This document shows positions 49,530 to 59,302 of a stretch of 61,371 nucleotides of DNA, one piece after another (position 1 is the stretch's first letter; each line of letters starts with the position of its first letter). Both the position numbers and the translations under genes were made by a program. The notes beneath the pieces were generated by a model. It was not told the origin of the DNA. It did not search any database and worked only from the letters and a program-made list of their open reading frames with translations. This DNA is from Methylocystis sp. (GTDB lineage: Bacteria > Pseudomonadota > Alphaproteobacteria > Rhizobiales > Beijerinckiaceae), in contig JACOWC010000053.1 in the NCBI GenBank assembly GCA_016177005.1, positions 1 through 61,371 of the forward strand, given 5' to 3'.

Positions 49530-50663
49530 ATGCGGAGCGGTCGCAAGACGGTTCTGGATACGATCATCCTCAAGTTCGCTTCGCGCTGCAATTTGGCGTG
49601 CGATTATTGTTATGAATACGCCGCGGGAGACGCAAGTTGGCGGGCGAAGCCGAAGTTGGCTTCGCCCGACGTGTTTCGGCGTCTCGGGACACGCATAAGC
49701 GAGTTCGGCGAGGAAACGGGCTCGCGACAAATTAATGTGGTCATGCACGGGGGCGAGCCGCTCCTCGTCGGAGTCAAGCGACTCGATCGATTGTTGTCTT
49801 GCCTGCGGGAGGCGGCGCGGCCCGTTGAGATAAAGTATAGTTTGCAGACCAACGGAACGCTTTTGAGCCCCGCAATATGCGACATTCTCGAAGCTCACGA
49901 CGTCTGTGTCGGCGTGAGCCTCGACGGCGGGCCCGAGCACAATGTTTTCCGCAAGGATCTCAAGGGGCGCGAGACATGGGAGCGCGTCAGCCGAGCCATC
50001 CATCGCTTGAAGGCGCGCGCCACAAATCTATTCGGCGGTCTGCTGTGCGTCGTCGATTTCGACACCGATCCCGAGGCCGTCATTACCGCGCTTTGCGACT
50101 TCGATCCGCCGGCGCTCGATCTGCTTCATCCATTCATCACTCATGATATGGCGGGCGCGCGTCGCAAGGAACTCGCCCTTCGGTACGGGCGATGGATGAA
50201 CGAAGCGATGAGGTTCTGGCTCTCCCGCCCGGATTTCGCCCACATCTCCATCCGCGTGTTCGAAGACGCTCTGCAAGCCGCGGTTTCCGCATATCCGCGG
50301 ACGGACTGGTTCGGACGAAGGAGCGTGAGCCTGCTGATCGTCGAGACCGACGGATCTTACGATCTGCTGGATCAGCTCAAAGTGATCGGTCAATCGAGCG
50401 CTGGCGTGCGAAATCTCAAGAAAACCGTCTTCGATTGCTCCCTCCTCGAAGCCGAGCGGATCGCCTGGGGACTGCTTCGCGACGCCAAGGGCGATGTGCT
50501 TCCGTCGGATTGCGCAGACTGCAGATGGCGCGAGATTTGCGCCGGGGGCCACCTTCCGGCGCGCTATTCGCTGGCGCGCGGTTTCGACAATAAATCCGTC
50601 TATTGCGAGGGCATCGGCGCTCTCCTGGACCTTGCTCAGGAAGTGATGCGTGCGCCGCAATGA
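49530..50663 (+). CDS. Radical SAM/SPASM peptide maturase, FxsB/YhhB-like
   Basis: ILKFASRCNLACDYCY, HGGEPLL, QTNG, VETDGSY..LD.LK, CADC...CAGG...RY...GFDNKSVYC. Confidence 0.88.
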   Translation: MRSGRKTVLDTIILKFASRCNLACDYCYEYAAGDASWRAKPKLASPDVFRRLGTRISEFGEETGSRQINVVMHGGEPLLVGVKRLDRLLSCLREAARPVEIKYSLQTNGTLLSPAICDILEAHDVCVGVSLDGGPEHNVFRKDLKGRETWERVSRAIHRLKARATNLFGGLLCVVDFDTDPEAVITALCDFDPPALDLLHPFITHDMAGARRKELALRYGRWMNEAMRFWLSRPDFAHISIRVFEDALQAAVSAYPRTDWFGRRSVSLLIVETDGSYDLLDQLKVIGQSSAGVRNLKKTVFDCSLLEAERIAWGLLRDAKGDVLPSDCADCRWREICAGGHLPARYSLARGFDNKSVYCEGIGALLDLAQEVMRAPQ

Positions 50664-50722
50664 TCGCGGTTCGTCGCTCCTTCGCGAATGCGGACGCGGC
50701 TGGGCGCGTGAAGCGTTCTCGG

Positions 50723-51823
50723 TTACGGGTTCGATATCCGTGGGGCGACAGCCGGCGCGTTGCGCAGTGCGGGTTCGAGCGTTTTGAAGACGAAGTTGGC
50801 GACGACCCTATCGCCTTTCTCCGTCAAATGAATGCCGTCCTGCGAATAAACTCCGTCATCCTTCTCCAAGCTGCCCGTCGCGTCCACGATGAATTTGTGG
50901 GTTGAAGGGAGATCTATTATTTCCTGATAGAGAGACGACAGGCTGTCTACATATTCCCTGCCGTTGGTTTCAATCGAGGCCTGCGCCGCATGCCTGCTCC
51001 GGAAAAAAGCATGGGGTTGGATGAAGGCGTAAAATCTTGCCCCTTGCGATACGCTTATCGCATTCATCAGCTCGATGTTTTTTGAATATTGCTGTCCGAC
51101 GCTGCGGCGACTCGCGACGCCCAAATTCACCGATACGCGGCGTTTAAATAATGCTGGCGTCAGCTGCGAAATAACAGAATAGGTGTTAGAAAAAATACAG
51201 ACGAAGGCGTTAGGCTCGGGATTCGAGAATTGATCGAAAACATATTTTTGATAGGAATGCACCATCGGATGCGAGGGCTCGCCGTAAAAACCCCTGTCGT
51301 TGACCCCGCTATAGGAAATAACGAAGTCAGGATTATACTCCAGCCCATCCCTGACAAGCTTGAGCAGTTCCTGGTTTGTCGAAAACCCGCCAACGCTTCC
51401 ATTAATAATGGTGCCCTTCATATTATTGACGATGAGCAGCTTTGCTAATTCCTCAGGCCAGCTGTGCCCGTACAGAACTCCATCTGCCGTTGACCCGCCA
51501 AGAACAAGTATGATGGGCCTGTCCCACCTTTGATTTTTTGATTTATATATAACATTGCCGTTATCCCACGAATACGACTGTTCAACGCGCTTGAGCTTCG
51601 GCTCGCCGCCGCCGTATCCATAGCCGATGTGGGGATCTAGCGCGGTGAACTCGGCTCCGAGCCGGTCAAGCCGCTCCCGCTTTTGGCTGATTTCGGCGGT
51701 CTTGCGATGGCAGTCGATGTTCGGTTTCCTGTTGGTCGCCTGTAGGAACAAAAATGCGCCGAGCTCCGTGCAACCTAAAGTGACCAATATTGCAAGAATG
51801 ACAGGAAGATGTTTGAGCCTCAT
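50723..51823 (-). CDS. Membrane-anchored SGNH/GDSL hydrolase-like protein
   Basis: N-terminal TM, LGGSTA, YSGVND, DGIH; visibly AT-richer than flanks. Confidence 0.75.
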   Translation of the reverse strand: MRLKHLPVILAILVTLGCTELGAFLFLQATNRKPNIDCHRKTAEISQKRERLDRLGAEFTALDPHIGYGYGGGEPKLKRVEQSYSWDNGNVIYKSKNQRWDRPIILVLGGSTADGVLYGHSWPEELAKLLIVNNMKGTIINGSVGGFSTNQELLKLVRDGLEYNPDFVISYSGVNDRGFYGEPSHPMVHSYQKYVFDQFSNPEPNAFVCIFSNTYSVISQLTPALFKRRVSVNLGVASRRSVGQQYSKNIELMNAISVSQGARFYAFIQPHAFFRSRHAAQASIETNGREYVDSLSSLYQEIIDLPSTHKFIVDATGSLEKDDGVYSQDGIHLTEKGDRVVANFVFKTLEPALRNAPAVAPRISNP

Positions 51824-52029
51824 CGGGACCTCGCTTGCCTCCGTCGGTTTTTTTTAAATGCTGGAGCCAAACTGCGGTGATGGACGATAGGACAGGGAAT
51901 AGCGGCGCGCAACGCGGAGAGGCCAAGCGCGCTAAGGCCTCTCGCGTCCGCCGTCCGCTGCGCGGGAGGAGCATGTCTGTGGTCGCCTCGCGCTCGGAGC
52001 CTGTCGCGAAAACCCATATTTCGGAACGC

Positions 52030-53682
52030 TCAAAAATCCTCCGCCTTCAGCAGACTCCATTTCTTCTGGCCCCAGGCCCCGCTGCGCAGGGCGAGCAAGC
52101 GCGGTTCGAGGCGAATGCGAAAACAAATGTCGCCGGCGCAAGCTTCCCTTAGCGCGCGCAGCAGCGCTTCCTCGTCAATGGGAAGGCCGTCGCTGCTCAC
52201 ATAGCGGAATGTGACTTCGCCTGGTTGGCGCTGCACGCAATCGAACAAGCGCACGTTCCGGAGTTTTTCGACCACTGGCTTCGCGCCCATGATCAGACCC
52301 AGCAGATAGGGGTTTCCGCGACGATCCAGCAGGACGTCCTTGCTGCGTCCTTCCACGGCGCCGAATCGCAACGGGGCCGGGGGACACGCGCCGCAAGCTT
52401 CGGCGCGTCCGCTCGCGATGTCGCCGGTGGCGTAGGCGATGAACAAAGTGTCGAGCGCCCAGAACGCGGCGCCGATGATGTCGCAGAGGCCATCCGGCCT
52501 CGGCCGCAAGGAGATCAGGCCGAGATTGCCCAGTTCCGAATAGGCGCCGCAATGGGGACACCGCAAAGCGAAGCCCGCGCCTTCCGACAGGCCGTAAGTC
52601 CCCACAATCTTGTCGGCGATCGTCCCGATCGCCGAGATTTGTCCCGCCGCAATGTTTTCGGAGCCGATCACCGCAAGGCGGAAGCGGTAGCGCCCCTCAA
52701 GCGTCGCGGCCAGATCGGCCGCCAAGGTCGGCCAGCCGAAGAGCGTGGTGGGTCGATAGATATCGAGCAGGCGAAGCAGCAGGTCGCGTTCGCGAAGCGT
52801 CGCGAGGCCGATCAGAAGGCTTCCGCCCGAACCCGTCACGCTGAGGCCCGGCACAGACCGGCAAAGGTTCAGGAATTTGTGACGCGGCGGGGCAAGCCCT
52901 GGAAGGCCGTAGCTGCAGGCGGCCCCGATGAGGCTCGTATGCGCCGAATGCAGAGTCGAAGTGAAGCGGAAGGGCAGCGGCTCTCCGGTCGAGCCGGCGG
53001 TCGTGAATTCCTGGCTTCTTCGGCGGTTGAGCGAAAATGCGCCTGTGTCCGCGCGAATCTGCTGCTTGGTGACGACCGGAATCTCATTGGCGTCCTCGAG
53101 GCGGCGCAACTCCGAAGGTCGCCAGCCGTTCTGCGTCCACCAATCCCGATAGCCGGGGCAATGACGCCATGCGAGATCGACGAGACGACGCAGTCGACGA
53201 AACCTCCAGTTGGAGGCGACCTCCGCCCGCTCGCCAACTCGCCAGAGCGTTTGGGCGAAAGCGTTCTCGAAGGGTTGATCGCAAAAGGCGCCGCTATACG
53301 GCTGCTCGAGCCAGGAACGCCATGCAGCGTCCCCGCTGGCGTCGTCGAGGTCGCTCCATCTGAGCGCATGCAGAACGACCCGCAGCGGCGAGCGAGCGCT
53401 GTTGCGGACGAATATGGCTTCGCATTCGTTCGGCTCCCAAAGCGTCAGCCGGATGCGGCGCGGATGCGGCGCCGCGTCGACGAAGATCTCTTCGGCGATC
53501 GATTTTGAGGTCCGCCAGCCGACTCCCGCCTGGCCCTCGGCGACGGTGATCGTCACCGTCACAAGGCTGGAGTTCGCTCTGGGCGGCGCGGGCGCGGCGA
53601 TGAGTTCGATCGCCGTGGACCATTGCAGCGGCGCTTCCAGCGAAATTGGGAAAACCGCGTCCGATTCTCGCAGCGCGTTCAA
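52030..53682 (-). CDS. Second PaaK/CapK-like ligase with N-terminal accessory module
   Basis: TTAGSTGEP, YGLSE, FIAYATGD, VEGR. Confidence 0.75.
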   Translation of the reverse strand: MNALRESDAVFPISLEAPLQWSTAIELIAAPAPPRANSSLVTVTITVAEGQAGVGWRTSKSIAEEIFVDAAPHPRRIRLTLWEPNECEAIFVRNSARSPLRVVLHALRWSDLDDASGDAAWRSWLEQPYSGAFCDQPFENAFAQTLWRVGERAEVASNWRFRRLRRLVDLAWRHCPGYRDWWTQNGWRPSELRRLEDANEIPVVTKQQIRADTGAFSLNRRRSQEFTTAGSTGEPLPFRFTSTLHSAHTSLIGAACSYGLPGLAPPRHKFLNLCRSVPGLSVTGSGGSLLIGLATLRERDLLLRLLDIYRPTTLFGWPTLAADLAATLEGRYRFRLAVIGSENIAAGQISAIGTIADKIVGTYGLSEGAGFALRCPHCGAYSELGNLGLISLRPRPDGLCDIIGAAFWALDTLFIAYATGDIASGRAEACGACPPAPLRFGAVEGRSKDVLLDRRGNPYLLGLIMGAKPVVEKLRNVRLFDCVQRQPGEVTFRYVSSDGLPIDEEALLRALREACAGDICFRIRLEPRLLALRSGAWGQKKWSLLKAEDF

Positions 53683-53905
53683 TTCCTAAGTCCGGTATGA
53701 GTTCGCCGCTCAATGGCTCTCCCGGACAAAGTTTCGCCGGGTGTCGAGAAGGTCTGTCGCGCTCGATGCCAATAAACAATGAAAACGTTAGCGCATTGCG
53801 GGTCTTGAACCCAGCGCGGGCGGCAACGTTGCGCCCACGATCGAGGAAATGCCGCGCTTGTCAAAAGTGTAGACCGCATTTCTTACAGTCCCCATCGTAG
53901 CGTCG

Positions 53906-53956
53906 TGTCAATGGCGCCCGAAATTTCCCATTTTCTGGCGCCCGAAATTTCCCCAG
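53906..53956 (+). mobile_element. IS21-family-like terminal end (no transposase present)
   Basis: TGTCAA start followed by two 18-nt direct copies of TGGCGCCCGAAATTTCCC (53912-53929, 53936-53953). Confidence 0.6.
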
Positions 53957-54308
53957 TCTCGGGGCTTTGGCGATCAGCCTGCGACGTGATTGGCGTTGAT
54001 TCGCCCAAAATCGAATATCAGCTCCGCGCGGCTCGGTCGTGCAATCGGCGGGTTTATTGTGTCACGCCGCTGCGAGGCGGTCGTGAAACTTGCTGCCGGT
54101 CGCCTCGGCGAAGCGCAGGAGCGTTTTTGCGCTCGGCAACGTTTGCCCGCTCTCCAGCCGAGCGATGGCGGACTGGCTGAAACCGCGCCTGTGGGAAATT
54201 CCGTCCTTATGGAGACGGCCTTATCGGTCTCAGGGCTTTTGTGGGACGGCGCCTTCAATTCCGTGATAGGCGGAAACCGTCCGCCTCTTGAGAAACTCGT
54301 TCCAGCTT

Positions 54309-57062
54309 ATGTCGCGCTCGCTCGCTCCCGTTCTATCGCCGCAAGGCGTTCTGCGCCTCGATCGGTGCGACGATGAATTTCCATTCGATGAGGCGGTCGC
54401 CAATCGGCTCGAAGAGCATTTCGCACGCGATTGCGGTCATGGTCTCTTGCAGCTTGGCGCCGGCGAGGCGGGGAGCCATCTCCCGCCGGCGCTCGCCTTT
54501 TGGCGCGCATTCGCCATGCGATTTGTGGCTGCGCTGTGCGCGCGCGATGATCCGGAGCAGGCCAGAAAGCCGGCGCATGTCCCTCCGCCGCCGCTCTACG
54601 ATCTCGCCGCCCTGATCGACGAGGCGCCGCCGATGCAAGGCGCCGAATATCTGCAACCCCGTGTGCTGGAGGCGTTGTGGCGCGGCATGGAGCGCGTCCT
54701 CGACGCCGAACTCGCGGAAAGCGGGCTTTCGCTTCAGGAGTTTTTCAGGAACCGCGACAGCCGATGGCGTCTCGTGGGACGCGTGCATTTCAACTTGGCG
54801 GAGAACCGCAAGGACTCGGACTATCCCTTCGCCTTCATGGCGACCTATACGTCCTCGCTCGCGGCGCATGGCGCTCTGCGCCATCTGCCGCTCGGGCAAG
54901 CGCTGCGCGAATACGCCGGCGCCGGCGACAAGGCGAAGCTCCTCAAATTGCTCGATCCCGTGCAGGAGGCGAGCGAAAGCTGCGCATGGCTTAAAGAGAT
55001 CGTCGATCGCGGCGAAGTCTTTCATCCCCTGCGATGGACGCCGAAAGACGCGATGCGGTTCCTAGCCGACGTCGAGGCGATGGAGCGGGCCGGCCTCGTC
55101 ATCCGAATGCCCGCGGCGTGGCGGATGAACCGGCCGAGCCGCCCTGCCGTCGAGGCGACGGTCGGCTCGACCGCGCCGTCGCTGCTCGGCGTGGAATCGA
55201 TGTTGGACTTTCGCGTCGACGTGAGCCTCGACGGCGAAGTCCTCACCGACGCAGAGATAGAGGGGCTGCTCGCCGCGTCCGATGGCCTCGCGATGCTGCG
55301 CGGCAAATGGGTCGAAGTCGACGCCGAGCGCTTAAGGGCGACTCTCGACAAATTTCAGGCGGTCGAGCGTCTGGCGAAAAACGAGGGCGTGCCCTTCATC
55401 CAGGCCATGCGCCTGCTCGCGGGCGCCGACATTGGCCAAGCCTCCGAAGCCGCGGCGGATAGGGCGTCCGGAAGGACGCCCGTCGCGAGCGACGGGCTGT
55501 CGCAATGGGCGCATGTGACGGCCGGCCCCTGGCTGGCTGAGGCGCTCGCCGGATGCCGCAGCCCCGAGGGGCTAGCCAAGGAACGTCAGCTGGCCGATCC
55601 GGGAGCGGCGCTGAAAGCCGAATTGCGACCCTATCAGCAGGTCGGCGTGCGCTGGCTGTCGTTTCTCATCCGGCTCGGTCTCGGCGCCTGCCTCGCCGAC
55701 GACATGGGGCTCGGCAAGACCATTCAAGTCCTCGCGCTGCTTCTCACGCTCGATCGAGGCAAATCAGGCGCGGCGCCGAGCCTCCTCGTCGCGCCCGCCT
55801 CGCTTCTCGCCAACTGGGCGTCCGAGGCGGCGCGCTTCGCGCCATCGCTGCGCATAATGGTCGCGCATCCTTCTTTCACGCCGCCCGACCAGTTAAAGGC
55901 GATGGCGGGGGAACGCCTTGCGGACGTCGACCTGGTGGTGACGAGCTATGCGACGCTGTTGCGTCTGCCGTGGATCACCCAATTCCGATGGCGCCTAGCG
56001 GTGCTGGACGAGGCCCAGGTCATCAAAAACCCGAACGCCAAGCAAACGAGGGCGGTCAAATCGCTTCTGGCCAAAGGCCGCATCGTGCTGACCGGCACCC
56101 CGATCGAAAACAATCTGCGCGACTTGTGGTCGATCTTTGATTTCCTCAATCCGGGCCTCTTGGGGTCGTCCAAAGCCTTTGCGAGTTTCGTCAAGACGCT
56201 GGAGTCGCAGGAGCATGTCTCCTACGCGCCGCTGCGCCGGCTCGCGGCGCCCTACATCCTGCGGCGGCTCAAGACTGACAAGAGCGTCATCGCCGATCTT
56301 CCCGACAAGACGGAAGTCAAGGCTTTCTGCCCTCTGACGAAAAAGCAGGCGGCGCTTTATCAGGCGGCGGTCGTGGAGCTCGAAGAGCGGCTGAAACAAT
56401 CGGGCGACGACATGGCGCGGCGCGGACTCGTGCTTTCGTCTCTCATGCGCTTGAAGCAAATCTGCAATCATCCGTCGCAATGGCTGGGAGACGGCGCCTA
56501 TGACGAAGAGGACAGCGGCAAATTCGCGCGCCTGTTCGAAATCGCCGAAACGGTCGCCAGCCGACAAGAAAAGCTGCTGGCGTTCACGCAGTTCAAGGAG
56601 ATCATCCCGGCGATCGAAAGACTGCTTCGCGCGGCGTTCGGCCGCCCCGGCCTCGTATTGCATGGCGAGACGGCGGTGGCGAAGCGCAAGGATCTCGTTA
56701 AGAATTTCCAGGAAGACGAGCGCGTCCCCTTCTTCGTGTTGTCGATAAAGGCGGGCGGCGCGGGACTCAATCTCACTGCCGCTTCGCATGTCGTTCATTT
56801 CGACCGCTGGTGGAATCCAGCCGTCGAGAATCAGGCGACCGACCGCGCCTTTCGCATCGGGCAAAAGCGCAACGTCCTCGTGCATAAATTCGTCTGCCGT
56901 GGCACGATTGAAGAGCGAATCGACCAGTTGATCGAATCGAAGCGGCAATTGGCGCAGGATTTCCTCGGCGGCGGTGGGGAAATCAAGCTGACCGAAATGA
57001 GCGACCGCGACCTGCTGGCGCTCATGCGGCTCGATCTCGATGCGGCGATGAAAGAAGCCTGA
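54309..57062 (+). CDS. SNF2-family helicase/ATPase
   Basis: LRPYQ, LADDMGLGKT, DEAQ, TGTPIEN, DRWWNPAVE.QATDRAFRIGQ. Confidence 0.95.
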   Translation: MSRSLAPVLSPQGVLRLDRCDDEFPFDEAVANRLEEHFARDCGHGLLQLGAGEAGSHLPPALAFWRAFAMRFVAALCARDDPEQARKPAHVPPPPLYDLAALIDEAPPMQGAEYLQPRVLEALWRGMERVLDAELAESGLSLQEFFRNRDSRWRLVGRVHFNLAENRKDSDYPFAFMATYTSSLAAHGALRHLPLGQALREYAGAGDKAKLLKLLDPVQEASESCAWLKEIVDRGEVFHPLRWTPKDAMRFLADVEAMERAGLVIRMPAAWRMNRPSRPAVEATVGSTAPSLLGVESMLDFRVDVSLDGEVLTDAEIEGLLAASDGLAMLRGKWVEVDAERLRATLDKFQAVERLAKNEGVPFIQAMRLLAGADIGQASEAAADRASGRTPVASDGLSQWAHVTAGPWLAEALAGCRSPEGLAKERQLADPGAALKAELRPYQQVGVRWLSFLIRLGLGACLADDMGLGKTIQVLALLLTLDRGKSGAAPSLLVAPASLLANWASEAARFAPSLRIMVAHPSFTPPDQLKAMAGERLADVDLVVTSYATLLRLPWITQFRWRLAVLDEAQVIKNPNAKQTRAVKSLLAKGRIVLTGTPIENNLRDLWSIFDFLNPGLLGSSKAFASFVKTLESQEHVSYAPLRRLAAPYILRRLKTDKSVIADLPDKTEVKAFCPLTKKQAALYQAAVVELEERLKQSGDDMARRGLVLSSLMRLKQICNHPSQWLGDGAYDEEDSGKFARLFEIAETVASRQEKLLAFTQFKEIIPAIERLLRAAFGRPGLVLHGETAVAKRKDLVKNFQEDERVPFFVLSIKAGGAGLNLTAASHVVHFDRWWNPAVENQATDRAFRIGQKRNVLVHKFVCRGTIEERIDQLIESKRQLAQDFLGGGGEIKLTEMSDRDLLALMRLDLDAAMKEA

Positions 57063-57079
57063 CGCCAAGGACCTACGCC

Positions 57080-58207
57080 ATGAGCTATTACGGCTTTCGT
57101 CCCTATGTGCCGGTCGCAAAATGGCGGGCGCTGGCCGCCCGGGAAGTGGAGAAGCTCAAGAAGAAGGGGCGCGTCATCGCGCCGGTGACGATCGAGGGGC
57201 GCACGATCGCGCGCAATTTTTGGGGCAAGGCTTGGTGCGAAAATTTGGAGCGATACTCCGATTTCGAAAACCGTCTCCCGCGCGGCAGGACTTATGTCCG
57301 CAATGGTTCGGTCGTCGACTTGCAAATCGAGCGCGGGCAGGTGCGAGCGATGGTCAGCGGCTCCGAGATCTATGAGGTGAAAATCTACATCGCCACGGTG
57401 GCGCCGTCACGCTGGAAGGCGATTTGCGCGGATTGTGCGCGCTCCATCGGCTCGCTTGTCGAATTGCTGCAAGGCAAGCTCTCGAAAAACGTCATGGAGC
57501 GCGTGTGCCGGGAAGGCGAGGGGCTGTTTCCAGCGCCGAGCGAAATCAAGATGTCGTGCACTTGTCCCGACTGGGCCGACATGTGCAAACATGTGGCGGC
57601 GGCGCTCTATGGCGCGGGCGCGCGTCTCGACGCTGCGCCCGATCTCCTGTTCGCGCTGCGCGGCGTCGATCGCGCGGAATTGATCAAAGACGCAGGCGCC
57701 GATCTGCCGATGACGCGGACGGTCGCGGCGAACGAGCGCGTTCTCGCGGACGACGATGTGGCGGCGCTGTTCGGCATTGAAATCGCGCCAGCTCCAGACG
57801 CGCAGCGAACCACGGACAAGAAAAGAAAGCCGCCATCGCAAAGCCGGACGCCAGCGCAAGCCGCGAAAGCGTCGAGCCGTTCCCGAAAGGAGACGGCGCC
57901 GAAGGCCGCCGGTCGGCGAACGATAGAGCCGGTGGAGCCGACTTCTCCCAAAGCGGCGCGCGCGATGAACGCGCTTGCGGCGCCAGAGGAAACGCCTGCC
58001 CGCGAGAAAGGGTCGAGAACCCGCGCCGACGCTCGCAAGGCGACGTCGCTGAAAAAGAATGCGCGCCCGGTCGTGGCGATGCCGAAAAAGGCTCCTTCCC
58101 AGACTGAGAATCGCGAGCGAATAGCCAAAGCCGGATCGCGCCGGCAAGGCCGCACTCGAGCCACGAAATGGATTGGCGCCCGCGCGCGCAAGGCATGCGA
58201 ACGATGA
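57080..58207 (+). CDS. SWIM zinc-finger protein with basic low-complexity tail
   Basis: NRLPRGRTY, CTCPDWADMCKH. Confidence 0.88.
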   Translation: MSYYGFRPYVPVAKWRALAAREVEKLKKKGRVIAPVTIEGRTIARNFWGKAWCENLERYSDFENRLPRGRTYVRNGSVVDLQIERGQVRAMVSGSEIYEVKIYIATVAPSRWKAICADCARSIGSLVELLQGKLSKNVMERVCREGEGLFPAPSEIKMSCTCPDWADMCKHVAAALYGAGARLDAAPDLLFALRGVDRAELIKDAGADLPMTRTVAANERVLADDDVAALFGIEIAPAPDAQRTTDKKRKPPSQSRTPAQAAKASSRSRKETAPKAAGRRTIEPVEPTSPKAARAMNALAAPEETPAREKGSRTRADARKATSLKKNARPVVAMPKKAPSQTENRERIAKAGSRRQGRTRATKWIGARARKACER

Positions 58208-58605
58208 CAGAACAGGCTGAGCTGGGTTCGGTCAGCAGCCCGATTTGCGTGGCGCCACGCGGCGCGAGAGTGAGTTCGCGAATTTCGAAACTCGATGCTG
58301 TCAATGCACGAGAACGAGCTGGCAATCGGCAGAGAGAAACATGCGACCCTCCTCGCTCCCACGCCACGACACGACACGAAAGATTGTAGCGGCATAGTGG
58401 CGAGACTGGCGGTCGGAACTTGGATAATTTATTGATTGAACATGATAATTTGCTGATCTTCGCCATTATCGATTATGCGTGGAGAATCGCCGTAATATCG
58501 AACCTCGCTTTTCCGCCGGCAGTCCGCCGGCAGCGTCGCCTCTCGCCCGCCATATCGAACGTGCGCGCTGGCTTCGCCGTCGCGGTAAGTCACGATCAGA
58601 AAGGG

Positions 58606-58962
58606 ATGCGCCAGTTCCCAAGAGTTCCAATGCAGATCACGATCCATGAGGTTCAATCCCTGAGCATCGCCGCCGCCAGGCGCATTGGCAGTACCAACCG
58701 GAGCGCGATCGTACCGCTCACCGAGCAGCGCAATCTCGAGGTCCTTGGAGGGATGTCTCGCCATTCACGGCGCAATCCGCCGCTTGTGCGCCGCAAAGGC
58801 GCGCCGGGACGCATCAGCGACCAGCGCAATCAAAAAATCCTGCTGTCGGTCATTGACGCAGTAGCCCTTAATCCTCAGCCATTGCCGCCTCGCGCTCATG
58901 AATTATTGCAGGCGGTGGTCAATGCGCCCAACCCCCAGCCGTTGCCGCCTGGGCCATCCTAA
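58606..58962 (+). CDS. Small protein with two NPQPLPP repeats
   Basis: VALNPQPLPP and NAPNPQPLPP at the C-terminus; start uncertain (58606 or 58630). Confidence 0.55.
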   Translation: MRQFPRVPMQITIHEVQSLSIAAARRIGSTNRSAIVPLTEQRNLEVLGGMSRHSRRNPPLVRRKGAPGRISDQRNQKILLSVIDAVALNPQPLPPRAHELLQAVVNAPNPQPLPPGPS

Positions 58963-59041
58963 CGCTGTCGGATATGGCGGTTCCATGCTCGTCAATGTGC
59001 ATCAAAATTTCGGACGGGTGCGTTTTGGGAGCTGACCGGTA

Positions 59042-59302
59042 CGTCGCGGGGGCGCCTTGCGCCAGCAAATCTTGTAGATCGCGCTCATGCAAGCCGTGTC
59101 GGCGTGTTGATCGCTTTCCACAGCCTGGACAGACACCAGCCCCGATGGCCGACGCTGAAATCAGCCATTGGCTGCCGAGTTGCTTGGCGTCCAAAATGCG
59201 TAACGCGCCTCCCGAGGGACCAAATCGATTTTCCTGCCACGCGCTCAAGTTATGGCTTCCTCTCTGATTGATCAAGCGCGCAACAGGAAGTGAGGAAGAG
59301 CC
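59042..59302 (-). mobile_element. ISL3-family remnant (left end + transposase N-terminal zinc finger)
   Basis: GGCTCTTCCTCAC end at 59302 on the minus strand; CPGCGKRSTRRH...RDLQDL.AQG, then abrupt loss. Confidence 0.7.
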
